The notes under the pieces are model-generated. The model did not search any database. It saw only the letters and a list, made by a program, of their open reading frames with translations, and was not told the DNA's origin. Positions 24,539-36,900 of a DNA stretch of 55,509 bases are shown piece after piece. The number at the start of each line of letters is the position of its first letter. Position 1 is the first letter of the stretch. The stretch is from Phoronis australis (taxonomy: Eukaryota > Animalia > Phoronida): positions 808,207 through 863,715 of the forward strand of contig NMRA01000040.1 in NCBI GenBank assembly GCA_002633005.1. The letters run 5' to 3'. The translations under genes and the position numbers were made by a program.

Positions 24539-25209
24539 AAAAAAGTTGTCGCGCTGTCCTTTTGCAGCCACCGTACGTCAGTAAGTCATGGGAGAGTATC
24601 AGAACGACATTTTCGGTGTGAATGGGGAGTTGTGGAATTGTGAGTGATTGCACGACCGATGAAAATTAGGAGAGCGTTTTTTAAACTTTTTTATTTTTGG
24701 TTGTCGAATTCATGTGAACGTAAGCCGTGTCTTAAAAATGCGTTTTCAAGTGAAACTGGTGGGAAGGACTGTAGGGCCTATGGTTGCTTGAGAACAGATA
24801 CAGCAAAAACCCGCCTGCTTGCATAAAATCAAATGTCCTAGAAAACGTGAAACATGCGCACTACCAAATTATAAAGATCATGTTATTTCCTGATTGTAGG
24901 ATTTTGTTTAAGGGTTACCATACAAAATCTACTAACTAAAGAGACAATATTTTCAAGGTGTGTGTTCGTGTTCCAGGCTGTCCTACCAAAGAAGGGAACA
25001 ACGAATGAAAATCACTCACTGATTATTTTGACGAGAACACGGTACAATTCACGTTGTCATCCAGGGCTTCTCATCTATTAACGAAATTGGATTCAATCAA
25101 TGACGAATAACTCATGCTAACGAGTTTATCTTTTTCAGCATTTTGTTCAATAACAGACATTGACTGCCATAGCGTGTAAACAGCCCCGCGAGATATGCGC
25201 GTGAATGCG

Positions 25210-26400
25210 ACTCGGCAATTGACAGGTTTTGCTCTCGGCTGAAATAGATGAGACATTTCTCATTGCTAGCCGCCATCAGAGGTCTCTCCTTTCCCATTTT
25301 GTCTGCGCCATCCAGGCGATTGTTGTCTACTAAATGCAAGTAACGCATTATTGTCTCGAACCTGTTGCGAGACATAGTGATGGCTATTGCTGTGTTGTGC
25401 AAATCATCGTCAAGAGACCAATACATTCTGCGCTTAGGTGTCGATGAGTATCCGGACACCAGGGGTATGCCAATGAACGCTTTCATCTCATCTTGGGTAA
25501 CAGTGAAATCATGAGCACCTTTAGATGCAGCATAGCGCACCGTCTCTGACACAATCATATCAATTACATCATCAGAAAAAAAACAACTCGAACAATCCTG
25601 CTGGAGTCTGCGGCACGTTGTCAAAGTTTGCTGTTGGTTGTTGACGCCACAGAAATTTGTTATGGGCAGTGATGTCCTGTTTGACCCAGGTTCTTGCAGT
25701 CTTTTTTGCCTCTTTGGTAGTACTGTTTGTTCTTTGTAGTTTGGGTGGAGGTGGTTCATCATCAGAGCTGTCACTACTGTCTTCCATTCGGTGACGTGTG
25801 TTGTTGATAACTGTTACAGACGCTGCAGCAGGAAGATTATCTATATTTCCACCGCTGTCTTCATCTCCACTGACCTCATCTGTTATATCACCATCTGAAG
25901 GTGGGCTCATATAAATGTCAGCCCGTTGAAATGCTCCATCATCTTCCAGTATTGCAACAGCATCATTTACAGTAAGATTCTTGCCAAATAAAATGAGAAT
26001 AATGATATTACCAGGTGCAACCATTTGTGCCCAGTGTCCCTTTCGTGGGGCGTTTTCAAAGGGCATTTATTTTTCACAAAATTTGTGAAAACAAATAATT
26101 AAAACTTTGTATGAACTCTAGACACATTATTCTACTAAGTGAATTGCAATAAACTGAAAATTTCATGATTTGAATAAAATTTTTGCTTATCTTCTTTGAG
26201 ACATGTTGAAAACCTCTAAACCATGTAGGCGTGGCGTCACAATAGTAAAAGGGGAGATAATTCCAATTGTTGCAAATGACCTTCTGTGTACATTCCCAAG
26301 CAAACACTACACCAGAGTAAATTCAGATAGAATTGATTTTTCGTTATTTACGACAGCATTTTTGTAGTGTCCCACAAATGGGACGCTGGGCATAAATGGG
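25210..26400 (-). mobile_element. Decayed piggyBac (PGBD-like) transposon: one terminus plus N-terminal half of the transposase
   Basis: Two overlapping frames give acidic N-terminus PPSDGDITDEVSGDED, TPAGLFELFF/FSDDVIDMIVSETVRYA, EMKAFIGI, RRMYWS, MSRNRFETIMRYLHLVDN, NLSI(A)ES where the first catalytic Asp (SIDES) is replaced; sequence diverges after that. Terminus ...CATAAATGGG followed by TTAA at 26401. Confidence 0.9.
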
Positions 26401-26428
26401 TTAACCCATTTATGCCCAGCGTCCCATT
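26377..26428. repeat. Perfect 52-bp palindrome: two piggyBac TIRs joined through a single TTAA
   Basis: AATGGGACGCTGGGCATAAATGGG-TTAA-CCCATTTATGCCCAGCGTCCCATT (24-bp arms), with further imperfect similarity (GACACT). Confidence 0.92.
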
Positions 26429-27479
26429 GCAGAGACACTCTAACTGCCACAAACTCCCCAGGATTCATGGAAATTGCTGTATATGGCTACAGAAACAATC
26501 ATTTCTCTTACATGGGAGGGGGAAACCCCCTCTCCACTTTTCCACCGCTCGGCGCTACGCGTCTAGGATTCGCGCTTCGGGCGAATCATGAACCCCTGTT
26601 ACTGAAAACGTAGATCCGCCACTGGTTATGGTTTCTTGTTAATGTGAAATTTCAGCACATGTTGCACTTAAAAATTGCTGTTCAGTACACAGATTAATAA
26701 ATTTTTCGAAACTGTAATAGTTAAACGATTATAAAATTTAGATAGTTCCTCTGATCAATGTGGTGACGAAACAGTGATTTATTTCTTTCTGAGTTGGTAC
26801 CTGGTAAGCTTTAAGTACTGTTGAGTGCTGGAATGTATATATTAGGTGCATTAAGCCATGGCAAAAGGTTAACCATGGTGACCGGTGATGCACAAAAACT
26901 TGTCATCCCTGTAAGCCTAATTAGCAAAGCAAATGTTGAATAACTCACAAAAATAAGATACAAACTTCCATATTTGGAAATGTTCTCATAGGTATAACAA
27001 GATACTGGAGCACATGCGAAAGCGTACGAACACAAGTATAACCATGCAAGTATTTCGTTTACCAAAAACTACGTTATAAGCCTTAGTCGTCAAGAAATCA
27101 ATTGATGTTTATCCTAGCTATTCTACTTCATCTCAGCAAATCGTCACCACTGTTATACATATAGTAAGCGGTAAAATCTAACTGATGTGACCAGTTCTAA
27201 ATGTGTGTTCACCAGCACCAGTAGGCTTCTCAAGTTTAGAACGTCACACCTTGACCCTGGTGCTCACGGTGCCTTAATTTCCCGATGTAGCAATGGTAGG
27301 GGGTCTTCTTTACAGGACAACTGTTCTAAAACGCACTCAGGACTTCTCGACACTGGAGGTTAGATCCTTGAGGTGTACCTACTTTGTGCAAAGGTTTAAA
27401 ACTCGCTATGGTCCGTAGATATCTTGAAAGCCCTGCGTCTAAAAGTGGTGAATTACTGTACTAACTCTACCCGTTCTTA

Positions 27480-28606
27480 TAGAATTTTGCTTCATTTGGA
27501 GATAACTTTATTAAGTCGAAGTTAGCTCTAATTGGTAATTCCTATTGGCGCGAAGTATTTGGAAGTATGACATCTTTCTACAAGAAAATATTTGTTGCAA
27601 GTAAGGAGGACTTTTTGAATCAACTTTTGTGGTTAAATAGTAACTTGGCGATCGGAGGCTTAAGATTTATTAGAGATATGTATACCTTCGTTAGTTTGAA
27701 TCATATGAAAAATAAGTTCGATGTAAACACCAACTTTGTAGAATATATTGGTGTTGTTTCCGTTCTAAGAAGGTTTCAAAGAAGTCTATTTCAAAGTAAA
27801 TTTAAAAGTGTTAATGTCTACGTTCATTGCATGCTTTTAGCAATCACTCACTTACGGAAAGATTTGAAGGGTTGTAGATATACATGTATTTGTTCAGTCT
27901 TTAATGACGTTAAGAAACCTTCTAAGTCAGAGTGTAAATGGGGAAATAGAGTTAGGAGATAGTTTAGATTGGAAGAAAATATATGCATTGCCTTATGAAA
28001 TTACAAAGGATCTCAACATTAGATGGTCCCAATTTAAAATACTACACAGGATTATCGCAACAAATACCTTTTTAGTCAAAATCCGTGTTCGGGATTCTAA
28101 TTTATGTTCCTTTTGTAATAAAGCTCCAGAGACGCTGTCACACCTCTTTTGGGAATGTCGCATTGTACAAGATTTCTGGAAGGAATTCGGACAGCTAATG
28201 CAAAAGTGTCGCATTCAGCTTCCCAACAGTCTCTCTTACGATCGAGTTATTCTTGGACTTTACGAGACGCATGATTTTCTTTTTAACATTTTGCTTCTAA
28301 TAGCCAAATAGTACATTTACAAGGAGAGATGTCACAAAAATATACCTAATTTTCACAGGTTTATTACATATACTTATGAGTACTACAATGCTGAAAAATT
28401 AATTGCATACAAAAACTTTGTATATGATAGCTTCTCTGCGAAATTGGGAAATTTCGTTGTTCACGTTAACTACATGTAGAAGTTATTTACTTTAAACGAA
28501 ATACGAGAATGGTCTTTCCTGGGGTGTGCATGCGTGAATGAATGGATGTACTTATTTGTTTGTTTGTTTTGTACTGTTTTATACATGATAATAAGTCCTT
28601 AAAAAA
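27480..28606 (+). mobile_element. 5'-truncated Tx1/L1-clade LINE: ORF2 C-terminus with zf-RVT-type zinc finger and 3' UTR
   Basis: Frameshifted ORFs 27567-27962 and 27904-28311: W.KIY...IRWSQFKILHRIIATNTFLVKI....SNLCSFCNKAPETLSHLFWEC...FW...NILLLIAK*YIY; followed by a T-rich UTR and short A tail. Confidence 0.85.
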
Positions 28607-28639
28607 CTTTGTGTTTGAAGGCTAGATTCCATAGTATCA

Positions 28640-29062
28640 TCCATGGACCGCGGTCTTTATGCGGGATGCCTTCTAATTGATCTGTCAAAAGCATTCGACT
28701 ACCATCCCAATGCCTTACTGGTGTCGAAACTTGGTGCCTATGGTTGTTCTCAGAAAACATGTTCTTTTCTACTCTCCTACTTTTCTGAGCACTCAGAGTT
28801 AAAATTGAAAATGATTATAGCAATTGGCACCCTGTCTCTAAAGGTTCTATCTTGGGTCCTCTGTAATTCAGTGTTTTCATAAATGATATTTGCTATATAC
28901 TTGAAGGTAAGTGCAAGGTTTACAATTACGCAGATGACAATACGCTTGTACACTGTGCCGACTCTATGGATAAAGTCAGACTTGTTCGGAAAAAACGCCG
29001 CAAACGAAGCTATTAGATGGTTTGACTATAATCATATGTTTGCCAATACTGAAAAATTCAAA
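28640..29062 (+). mobile_element. CR1/L2-like reverse transcriptase core fragment (decayed)
   Basis: LIDLSKAFD, LLVSKLGAYG, then in a shifted frame GSILGPL*FSVFINDI...YNYADDNT, then IRWFDYNHMFANTEKF. Confidence 0.85.
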
Positions 29063-29664
29063 GTTGTTGATTGTTGCATTTACATTCTAGGTATTGTGCT
29101 GGGATGAAAATCCGTTCTATGTAGAACAAGTAATACTGCAAATGAAAGAGAACAGCGCATGCGCTCTGTTCCATTGCAAGCAGACGATTGTCGGTTCCAT
29201 CGGCACAAAAGATGTTCTAAATAGACTTTACTATGGACACAAAGTGTAGGGACTTAGATTTCCCTCCCGCATTCAAAAATGGATAGAATGTAACGCTGCA
29301 TGTAGAGGTAGATTAAGAAATAAGCACAGCCTGACTTCACAGACATCATCAAGAACTGGGTCATTAGTAAGAAACATTTCACGAAGAAGATCAGAGTGGA
29401 AGTCGGGCAGTCTCACGTCAGTAGAGAGTAGCAGAAGTAAGGAGGTTCGCAGCAGACAGCGATTTAGTCAAACAGCATGTGAAACTTAACTGATAAAACA
29501 AAACTAAATACCTGAAACTATAAAAATTTTAGAATCCTTAGCAATTTTCAGTATAGATAAACAAATACCTTTGTTCAGTGAATATTTTTGTGGGTGATCT
29601 AGGAAATTAATATTTATGGGGCAAAGAATTTAGGATCAAGTCAATCACAAATTCATTGACAATC

Positions 29665-32600
29665 ATTACTCTGCGCGTGCAAGCTCAGAGTACTGTTGTT
29701 CCTGGGTTTTCTTCAAATTTATTCTTCTTATTCTTCTTATTCTTCTTATTCTTATTACTCTGCATGTGCAAGCGCAGAGTACTGTTGTTCCTGGGTTTTC
29801 TTCAATTTTCTTCTTCTTCTTATTCTTATTCTTCCGACCATCTTCGAGGCTAAATAACTCCAAAGTGGGTGCAGGTATGTTCTTTAAATTTCGCATATGA
29901 TTTTTGACAGCACATGAATTTTGATTCGTTATATAACCATATTCCATATTGCACCGGAAGGGGTCGTTTGGTGCAAAGGTCATATAATTTTCAAAATGCT
30001 ACTCCCTCATCAGTTTTAAAACTATCTTTTTAAAATTCGGTGTACAGGTATAAGTCCAGAAGACAATTTAAAAAAAATACTTTTCTAAGTAATCGAGTCG
30101 TCCAATCAGATAAAACAGGTCAAAGGTAATTAGGTGCAAACTAAAATATTGAGCTAGACACTTCAAATTCACATGTCTAATTGGTACATGTACATGTAAT
30201 TCAATTCCAAATCTAAAGTTTCAGATTATTTAGTGCAACCATGGGGTCATTAGGTGCATTTTCTTCTGAAAATTTGTTTTTTTCATTCACCAAGTATTCC
30301 GATATGTCAACATTTAAACCACTGTAATTCTCAGCATTAAATATACTTTTCAAGGACTTTGCAATAGTTCTACTAAAAGGGCTTGTAATTCACTGGATAG
30401 GGTCAATTAGTGCAAAGGTCATCTACTTTTGAAAAGTGGATTTCTCATACATTTTTCAAGGAATTCTCTTCAATTCCAGCACATTGGTCTAAACCTACAT
30501 GCCAATCAAATGCCCTACTTTACTAAGCAATAGGGTCATCCAATCAGAGAAAATAGGTCAAAGGTCATTGAGTGCAAACTAAGATTTTGAGCTAGAGACT
30601 TAAAATTTAAGTATATGTTTAGTAAATGCGATTGAGTTTGAATTATAAAGTCCCAGGTCATTTGGTGTAAACATGGGGTCATCATGTGCATTTTTCTTCT
30701 GAAATTTTGACCAATTCATTCATCTTCTATTGTAAAATGCTTAAAGTAAGACATCTCTAATTCTTAGCACTAACCACACTTTTCATCGAGTTTACATTTC
30801 TTTCCTAATCAGGGCTCGTAATGCACTGGCAAGGGTCAATTAGTGCAAAGGTCATCAAATTATCAACATGTATTTTCTCCTATAGTTTTATAGAATTCTT
30901 TTTAATATTGGTAAACGGGTTGTTGTCAATAACCTCCCACAATTCCAGTAATACGCATGCGCAGAGTATATTATTGTCACGCCATGACAATAATCTTTCT
31001 AGTTCTCTGCACGTGTAAGCGCAGAGTACTGTTGTTCCTGGGTTTTCTTCAATTTTATTACTCTGCGCGTGTAAGCATGACAATTTAAAAAATTACTTTT
31101 CTAACTAATCGGGTCATCCAATCAGGTGAAATAGGTCAAAGGTCATTAAGTGCAAACTAAAATTTTGAGCTAGACACTTCAAATTGACAGGTCTGATTGT
31201 CACAGGTAAATCAAATTGGAATCCAAAGTTTCAGGTCATTTAGTGCAAACATGGGGTCATTAGGTGCATTTTTCTTCTGAAAATTTGACCTTTTCAATCA
31301 GCAAGTTTTCTGATGTGTCAACCATTAGACAACTGTGATTCTCAGCGTTAAACACATTTTCCATGGGCTTTGCAATTATTCTCCTAAAGATGCTTAAAAT
31401 GCAACGGATAAGGTCAATTAGTGCAAAGGTCATCTAACGTTCAAAATGTTATATCTCTTACGTTTTTCAAGGAATTCTTTTCAATTTCAGCACAATGGTG
31501 TAAGTCAACATGCCAATTAAACACCCTACTTTGTTCGCAATAGACCTAACCAATCAGAAAATAGGTCAAAGGTCATTGAGTGCAAACTAAAATTTTGAGC
31601 TAGAGACTTCAGAATTACGTATCTGTTTACTAAGTGCGACTGAGTATAAATTCTAAATTTGAAGGTCATTTGGTGCAGCCATGGGGTCATTAGGTGCATT
31701 TTTCTTCTGAAAGTTTGACCACTGCATTCATCTTGTATTCTGAAGTGCTTAATGTAAAACATCTGTGATTATTAGCATTAACCACACTTTTAATCGAGTT
31801 AACAATTACTCCCTCATCGGGGCTCATAGTGCACCGGAAGAGGTCAATTAGTGGAAAGGTCATCAAAAAATTAATATGTAATTTCTCCTACAATTTTAAA
31901 GAATCCCTTTTCATATTGGTAAACGGGTTGCTGTCAGTAACTTCCCATAATAATTCCAGTAATACGCACGCGCAGAGTCCGTTATTGTCACGCCGTGACA
32001 ATAATCTTTCTAGTTCTTCTTATTCTTCTTCCGACCATCTTTGACACTTAATAACTCCAAACTGGGTGCAGGTACGTTCTTTAAATTCAGCATATCATTT
32101 GTGACAGTACATAAATTTTGATTCGTTATATAATCATATTCCATATTGCACTGGAAGAGGTCATTTGGTGCAAAGGTCATATAATTTCAAAATGCTACTC
32201 CTTATTTATTTTAAAAGCTATTCTTTTCAAATTCGGTACACAGGTATAAGTCAATAAGGCAATTTAAAAATTTACTTTTCTAAGTACTCGAGTCATCCAG
32301 TCGGGTTCAACAGGTCAAAGGTCATTAGGTGCAAACTAAGATTTTAAGCTAGACACTTCAAATTCACAGGTTTGATTGGCACAGGTAATTCAATTCGGAA
32401 TCCAAAGTTTCAGGTCATTTAATGCAAACATGGGGTCATTAGGTGCATTTTTCTTGTGAAAATTTGACCTTTTCATTCACCAAGTATTCTGATGTGTCAA
32501 CAGTTAGACAGCTGTGATTCTCAGCATTAAACACATTTTTCATGGGCTTTGCAATAATTCTCCTCAAGACGCTTGTAATGCACCGGATAGAGTCAATTAG

Positions 32601-33602
32601 TGCAAAGGTAATCTAACGTTCAACATGTTATATCTCATGTTTTTCAAGGAATTCTTTTCAATTTCAGCACACTGGGGTAAGTCAACATGCCAATTGAACA
32701 CTCTACTTTACTACGCAATTGGCCTAACCAATCATAAAAAATAGGTCAAAGGTCATTGAGTGCAAACTAAAATTTTGAGCTAGACACTTCAAATTCACAA
32801 GTCTGATTGGTACGTCTAATTCAATTTGAAATTTGAAGTTTCAGGTCAATTAAAGCAACCATGGGGTCATTAGGTGCATTTTTCTTCTGAAAATTTGTCC
32901 TTTTCATTCTCCAAGTATTCTGATGTGTTAACTGTTAGACAACTGTGATTCTCAGCTTTAAACACACTTTTCATGGTCTTTGCAATAATTCTAATGAAGT
33001 CACTTATAATGCACCGGATAGGGTCAATTAGTGCAAAGGTCATCTATCGTTCAAAATGTTATACCCCTACATTTTTCAAGGAATTCTTTTCAAGTTCAGC
33101 ACACTAGTGTAAGTCCCCATGCCAATCGAACGTCCTACTTTACTATGCAATAGGCCTAACCAATCAGAAAAATAGGTCGAAGGTCATCGAGTGCAAACTA
33201 AAATTTTGAGCTAGAGACTTCAAAATTACATATCTGTTTAGTAAATGTGAGTGAGTTTGAATTCTAAATTATCAGGTCATTTGGTGCACCCATGGGTCAT
33301 TAGGTGCATTTTTGTTCTGAAAGTTTGACCAATTCATTCATGTTGTATGTTAAAGTGCTTAAAGTAAAACATCCATGATTCTTAGCATTAACCACACTTT
33401 TAATCGAGTATACAATTATTTCCTCATCCGGGCTCATAATGCACCGAAATATGTCAATTAGTGGAAAGGTCATCAAAATATTAACATGTTATTTTTCCTA
33501 CAATTTTAAAGAATTCCTTTTCAAATTGGTTAACGGGTTACTGTCGTTTAGTACACACACACAGAGTCCATTATTGTCACCCCGTGACAATAATCTTTCT
33601 AG
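29665..33602 (+). mobile_element. Nested/tandem array of Helentron-type (HINE-like) non-autonomous rolling-circle elements with ~430-bp core repeats
   Basis: Four 5' ends (A)TTACTCTGCGCGTG(C/T)AAGCGCAGAGTA (29665, 29754, 31003, 31057 truncated), (CTTCTTATT)n microsatellite, core repeats with 430-438 bp period, and three 3' ends with subTIR GCGCAGAGT, stem-loop TTATTGTCAC..GTGACAATAA and CTAG-TT (31002, 32013, 33602). Confidence 0.8.
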
Positions 33603-33894
33603 TTATAAATATAATCTTTTCAATGCCTTACTGGCAGTATAATCAGCATATCACACCACTGTAGTCATTCTCTTTTACAATTCGCTTCCTGACAGACCTT
33701 TGGCTATCTCTTCATTGAATTCAGTGGAAGTCACAGACTTGTGGCTATGTCTCTTCAAAGCATTCAGTAAAGTCACTTACAAACCACAGGTTATCTTGTG
33801 AACAACTGGGCATGAGTCTCCAAATACAATATGGCTTCGAAAGTTCTATGAAACACAAGATTGTCTTATTCAAAGATAGCTGATGAAATATGCC

Positions 33895-33980
33895 TTACGT
33901 CTCTAGAATCACATGGTCGTTGTCAAGCTTTTTCTTAAGTGGGTCATTCATTCGTCCATCATAAAGACCAAATACTCCTC
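33895..33980 (-). CDS. dcyD: D-cysteine desulfhydrase-like, terminal coding exon
   Basis: Acceptor TTTCAG; (G)GVFGLYDGRMNDPLKKKLDNDHVILET*; completes the HTGG motif. Confidence 0.85.
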
Positions 33981-36900
33981 CTGAAATATTGAAAAAGTGA
34001 AAATTCTGAGACTACAACCGCAATGACAGTATTCCAATATCACGGACTGCCTAAAATTTCTTGGAAAAAAGTTTGAACTTCCATTAAATTTAGTTCAGAA
34101 GAGTAATAAACTTGAGATTATTTCACTTAGCATTTGTGGACTGTATTTTAGCCTGTGTATGTAGACCAGATATCTGAACCACGTTCTATTGGGGAATACT
34201 GAGTTGCTTTCTTCAGTGACCATACTAAATTTTTGTTGGTTTACATGCCATAATAATTGGCTAGTTCTTAAGAGCAGGGACCCGTTACAAGAAATCGGCT
34301 TAAGTTAATTTTTGACTTATGTCTAAGATTTGCTTTAACTTCCAAACATTGGAACTTCCACCTCCGGTAAGTTACTTAAAATTAAGGCATAAGTTAAGTC
34401 AAAAACTTAAGACAAACTCTCTTTCTTGAAAAGTTTTATCTTAAATTTGGCTGAAATTTAGGATTTGTCTTAGCTATGAACGGGCCCCAGGTTCACAGAT
34501 GGACCAGGCGGAGGGTGATAAACGCCATGTCACAGATTCTCTTTATATTTTTTCTGCGTGATGGGCCTGGCCCCACCGACTCCAGACCACCTTTATAGCA
34601 AAATTTAAAGAGCTAGCTTGACCAGTGGAAGTAACGAATATTGAACCTGTGTTACTGATGAGGTGTGACCTTCGACTACTTTGTTCATGCAAGTTTGACA
34701 ATTTCGATAATTTTTGTCTATTTTTAGAGCCGCGTAAGATGAGTACTTTCGGTGATTTTTGAAAAGGTCAAAGTTGGCTAAATTCGTCTCCCGATATCTC
34801 AGCTGGCGCAAGTTTCAGAACGTTCTAGTAAAAATCAATCTGTTGAGCTTCCTTAGATCTACAAAATAAGACAAAAAATCGTCTGGCGCTCACAGGTTTC
34901 ATGTCATTTGAAGTCGAAACTGAGTATAATGCCGACAAACGTCAACAAACAGTGAATTTTCGCTTCTCGTTGACATGCAAACTGCGAATCAATTTCAGCG
35001 TTTATCCGAACATCGTAATTTCTAGGCCCCGAGGATTCTCTACTTTATTTCTGAAAGGTGCTCGTAGTCATGAAATTGGGATATATGTACTTACTAGACA
35101 AACAGCAGTAGTTTTGGTAGAAATTATTAATGTTTCACTGGTTTTGCAAAGCTCAATTATTCTAATTGGCACGACCAAAAAACAAACAACGCCGATAAAC
35201 TATTTTCATAACATTTTCCATCAAAAATCGTGGTTGCCCCTCCCCTCTTGTGACTTTTTAGATATTACGGTGTTGTATGAAAAATATCATTTATTATTTA
35301 TTTTTCATGTGGTTGTCGATTAACAAAAAGTTACTTACTGTGAGTTAGCTCTGGGGTGGGTCTGAAACGTTTTTTGTGGAACTTTCTAGAGGTTTTGACA
35401 CAGGGCGTTGGAAGCAGAGGACAGTGTCAGGGTGAGAGATTTGTTGGCAATCATAGGGAAAGGCAAAACTATTGGTGGCCAGAGTTCCGTGGACGTTATA
35501 TAGCCGTCAGTGTCCCCAACAACTTCACCTTTTCGAGTGGTATGGCTAGTGTTATCACTTGGGTGTCTGTATACAACTGTTGTGACTGACACAAGTGGGA
35601 AATGGGAAACTTTCAAGACGCAATGGGGTCTGACCACGTGAAACCAGCTAACAGGAGATACATCGTCCATAGATACTTGTAAAGAGATTCGCGACTCCCG
35701 TCAAATCTCGCGGCCTAACGCAAAAGTACGTGAGCAGGATTCAAAACTTCCGGTCGAAGGTAAACTTGGTTTTTTATTTCGCGCACTTCAAGCAAATTTT
35801 TGAGTTTGAAAATATTTTGTTGTGTTTAATGCAAACTAAATCGCGTGTGCCACCCATTCAAGTCGGATTATTGCTACGAAACGCGCCGGAACTAACATGA
35901 CAAGTTGTTGTTGATCCGCCAGAATGGTGCGATAGTTCAACACCCAATGAAAAGGTTGAGTTAATTGGATAATTCTTTTCATCTAGTTGAATTCGCAAAC
36001 GTTTACGATGAAATTTAGCTTGAATTTTGAGATTTTGTAGGAATTTTTGATCGACTTAAATATGGTAGTTCTCATTCGTCACTACGTCTACAATACATAA
36101 GCCATAGCAAACCAATGTGGCCAAAATTCAGCAAGAGCGAAATTTTGCCATTTTTCATGATTTTCAGAAGCTCGTATCTATTAGCATGCAAAGTGGTGGA
36201 AAATGAAAATTATGTCAGCAAAATATTAAACTTTCATCTATCTATTGATATCCGTTTCAACAAATGGGGCATTAATGAATATTTTTAAAAATCGAAGTAC
36301 TGCGAGCACTTGACAAAATTTTCACTCACCCGTAAATTCTTGAGACTTATAAGCTATAGAAGGGGACAAATTTACAGCTGCTAAATGGCAGTTACTGAAC
36401 CAATTTTAATGATATGTATATGATTATCAAAGTGTTTGCTTAAAGTTCTGCCTTAAGTGCACACTTTTATTTATTTTTGATAAAAATATGAGAAAATGTA
36501 GTTTTTTAATTCAATGCCTTGTTCGTCTCTCACTCAACGTCACAATTTCTAATAATGTCCTAATCTTTTCCTCATCAATTTTTTCACTTTATCTCACCAT
36601 TTCCATTCAGGAAGGTAAATTCAATCATTTTTCGAGAACTATGTTACGGGGTTTAAACTGAACTCAAATTTGATTAGTCAAATGTATTAAACAGAACCAG
36701 TCAAAACTTCTCTAAATTACATTTAAGTGGCCCAAATTGGTAATTCTTGAATTTTTTGTCATTTTTGAAGTGGTTTGGTGTCGATGCCATGTTGTTAACT
36801 TACTTGTAAAGGATTCTTCATCTTGTTTTAGGAAAACAGTAAGCTATGGATTCCCAAATATAGTTGTCTAACTTGCCATTTTTGTGGCCTGAAATTTTTG

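Noticed and set aside
25112-26066. Functional or domesticated piggyBac transposase
   Set aside because: Frameshift near 25575, first catalytic Asp replaced by Ala, and the rest of the catalytic domain is missing.
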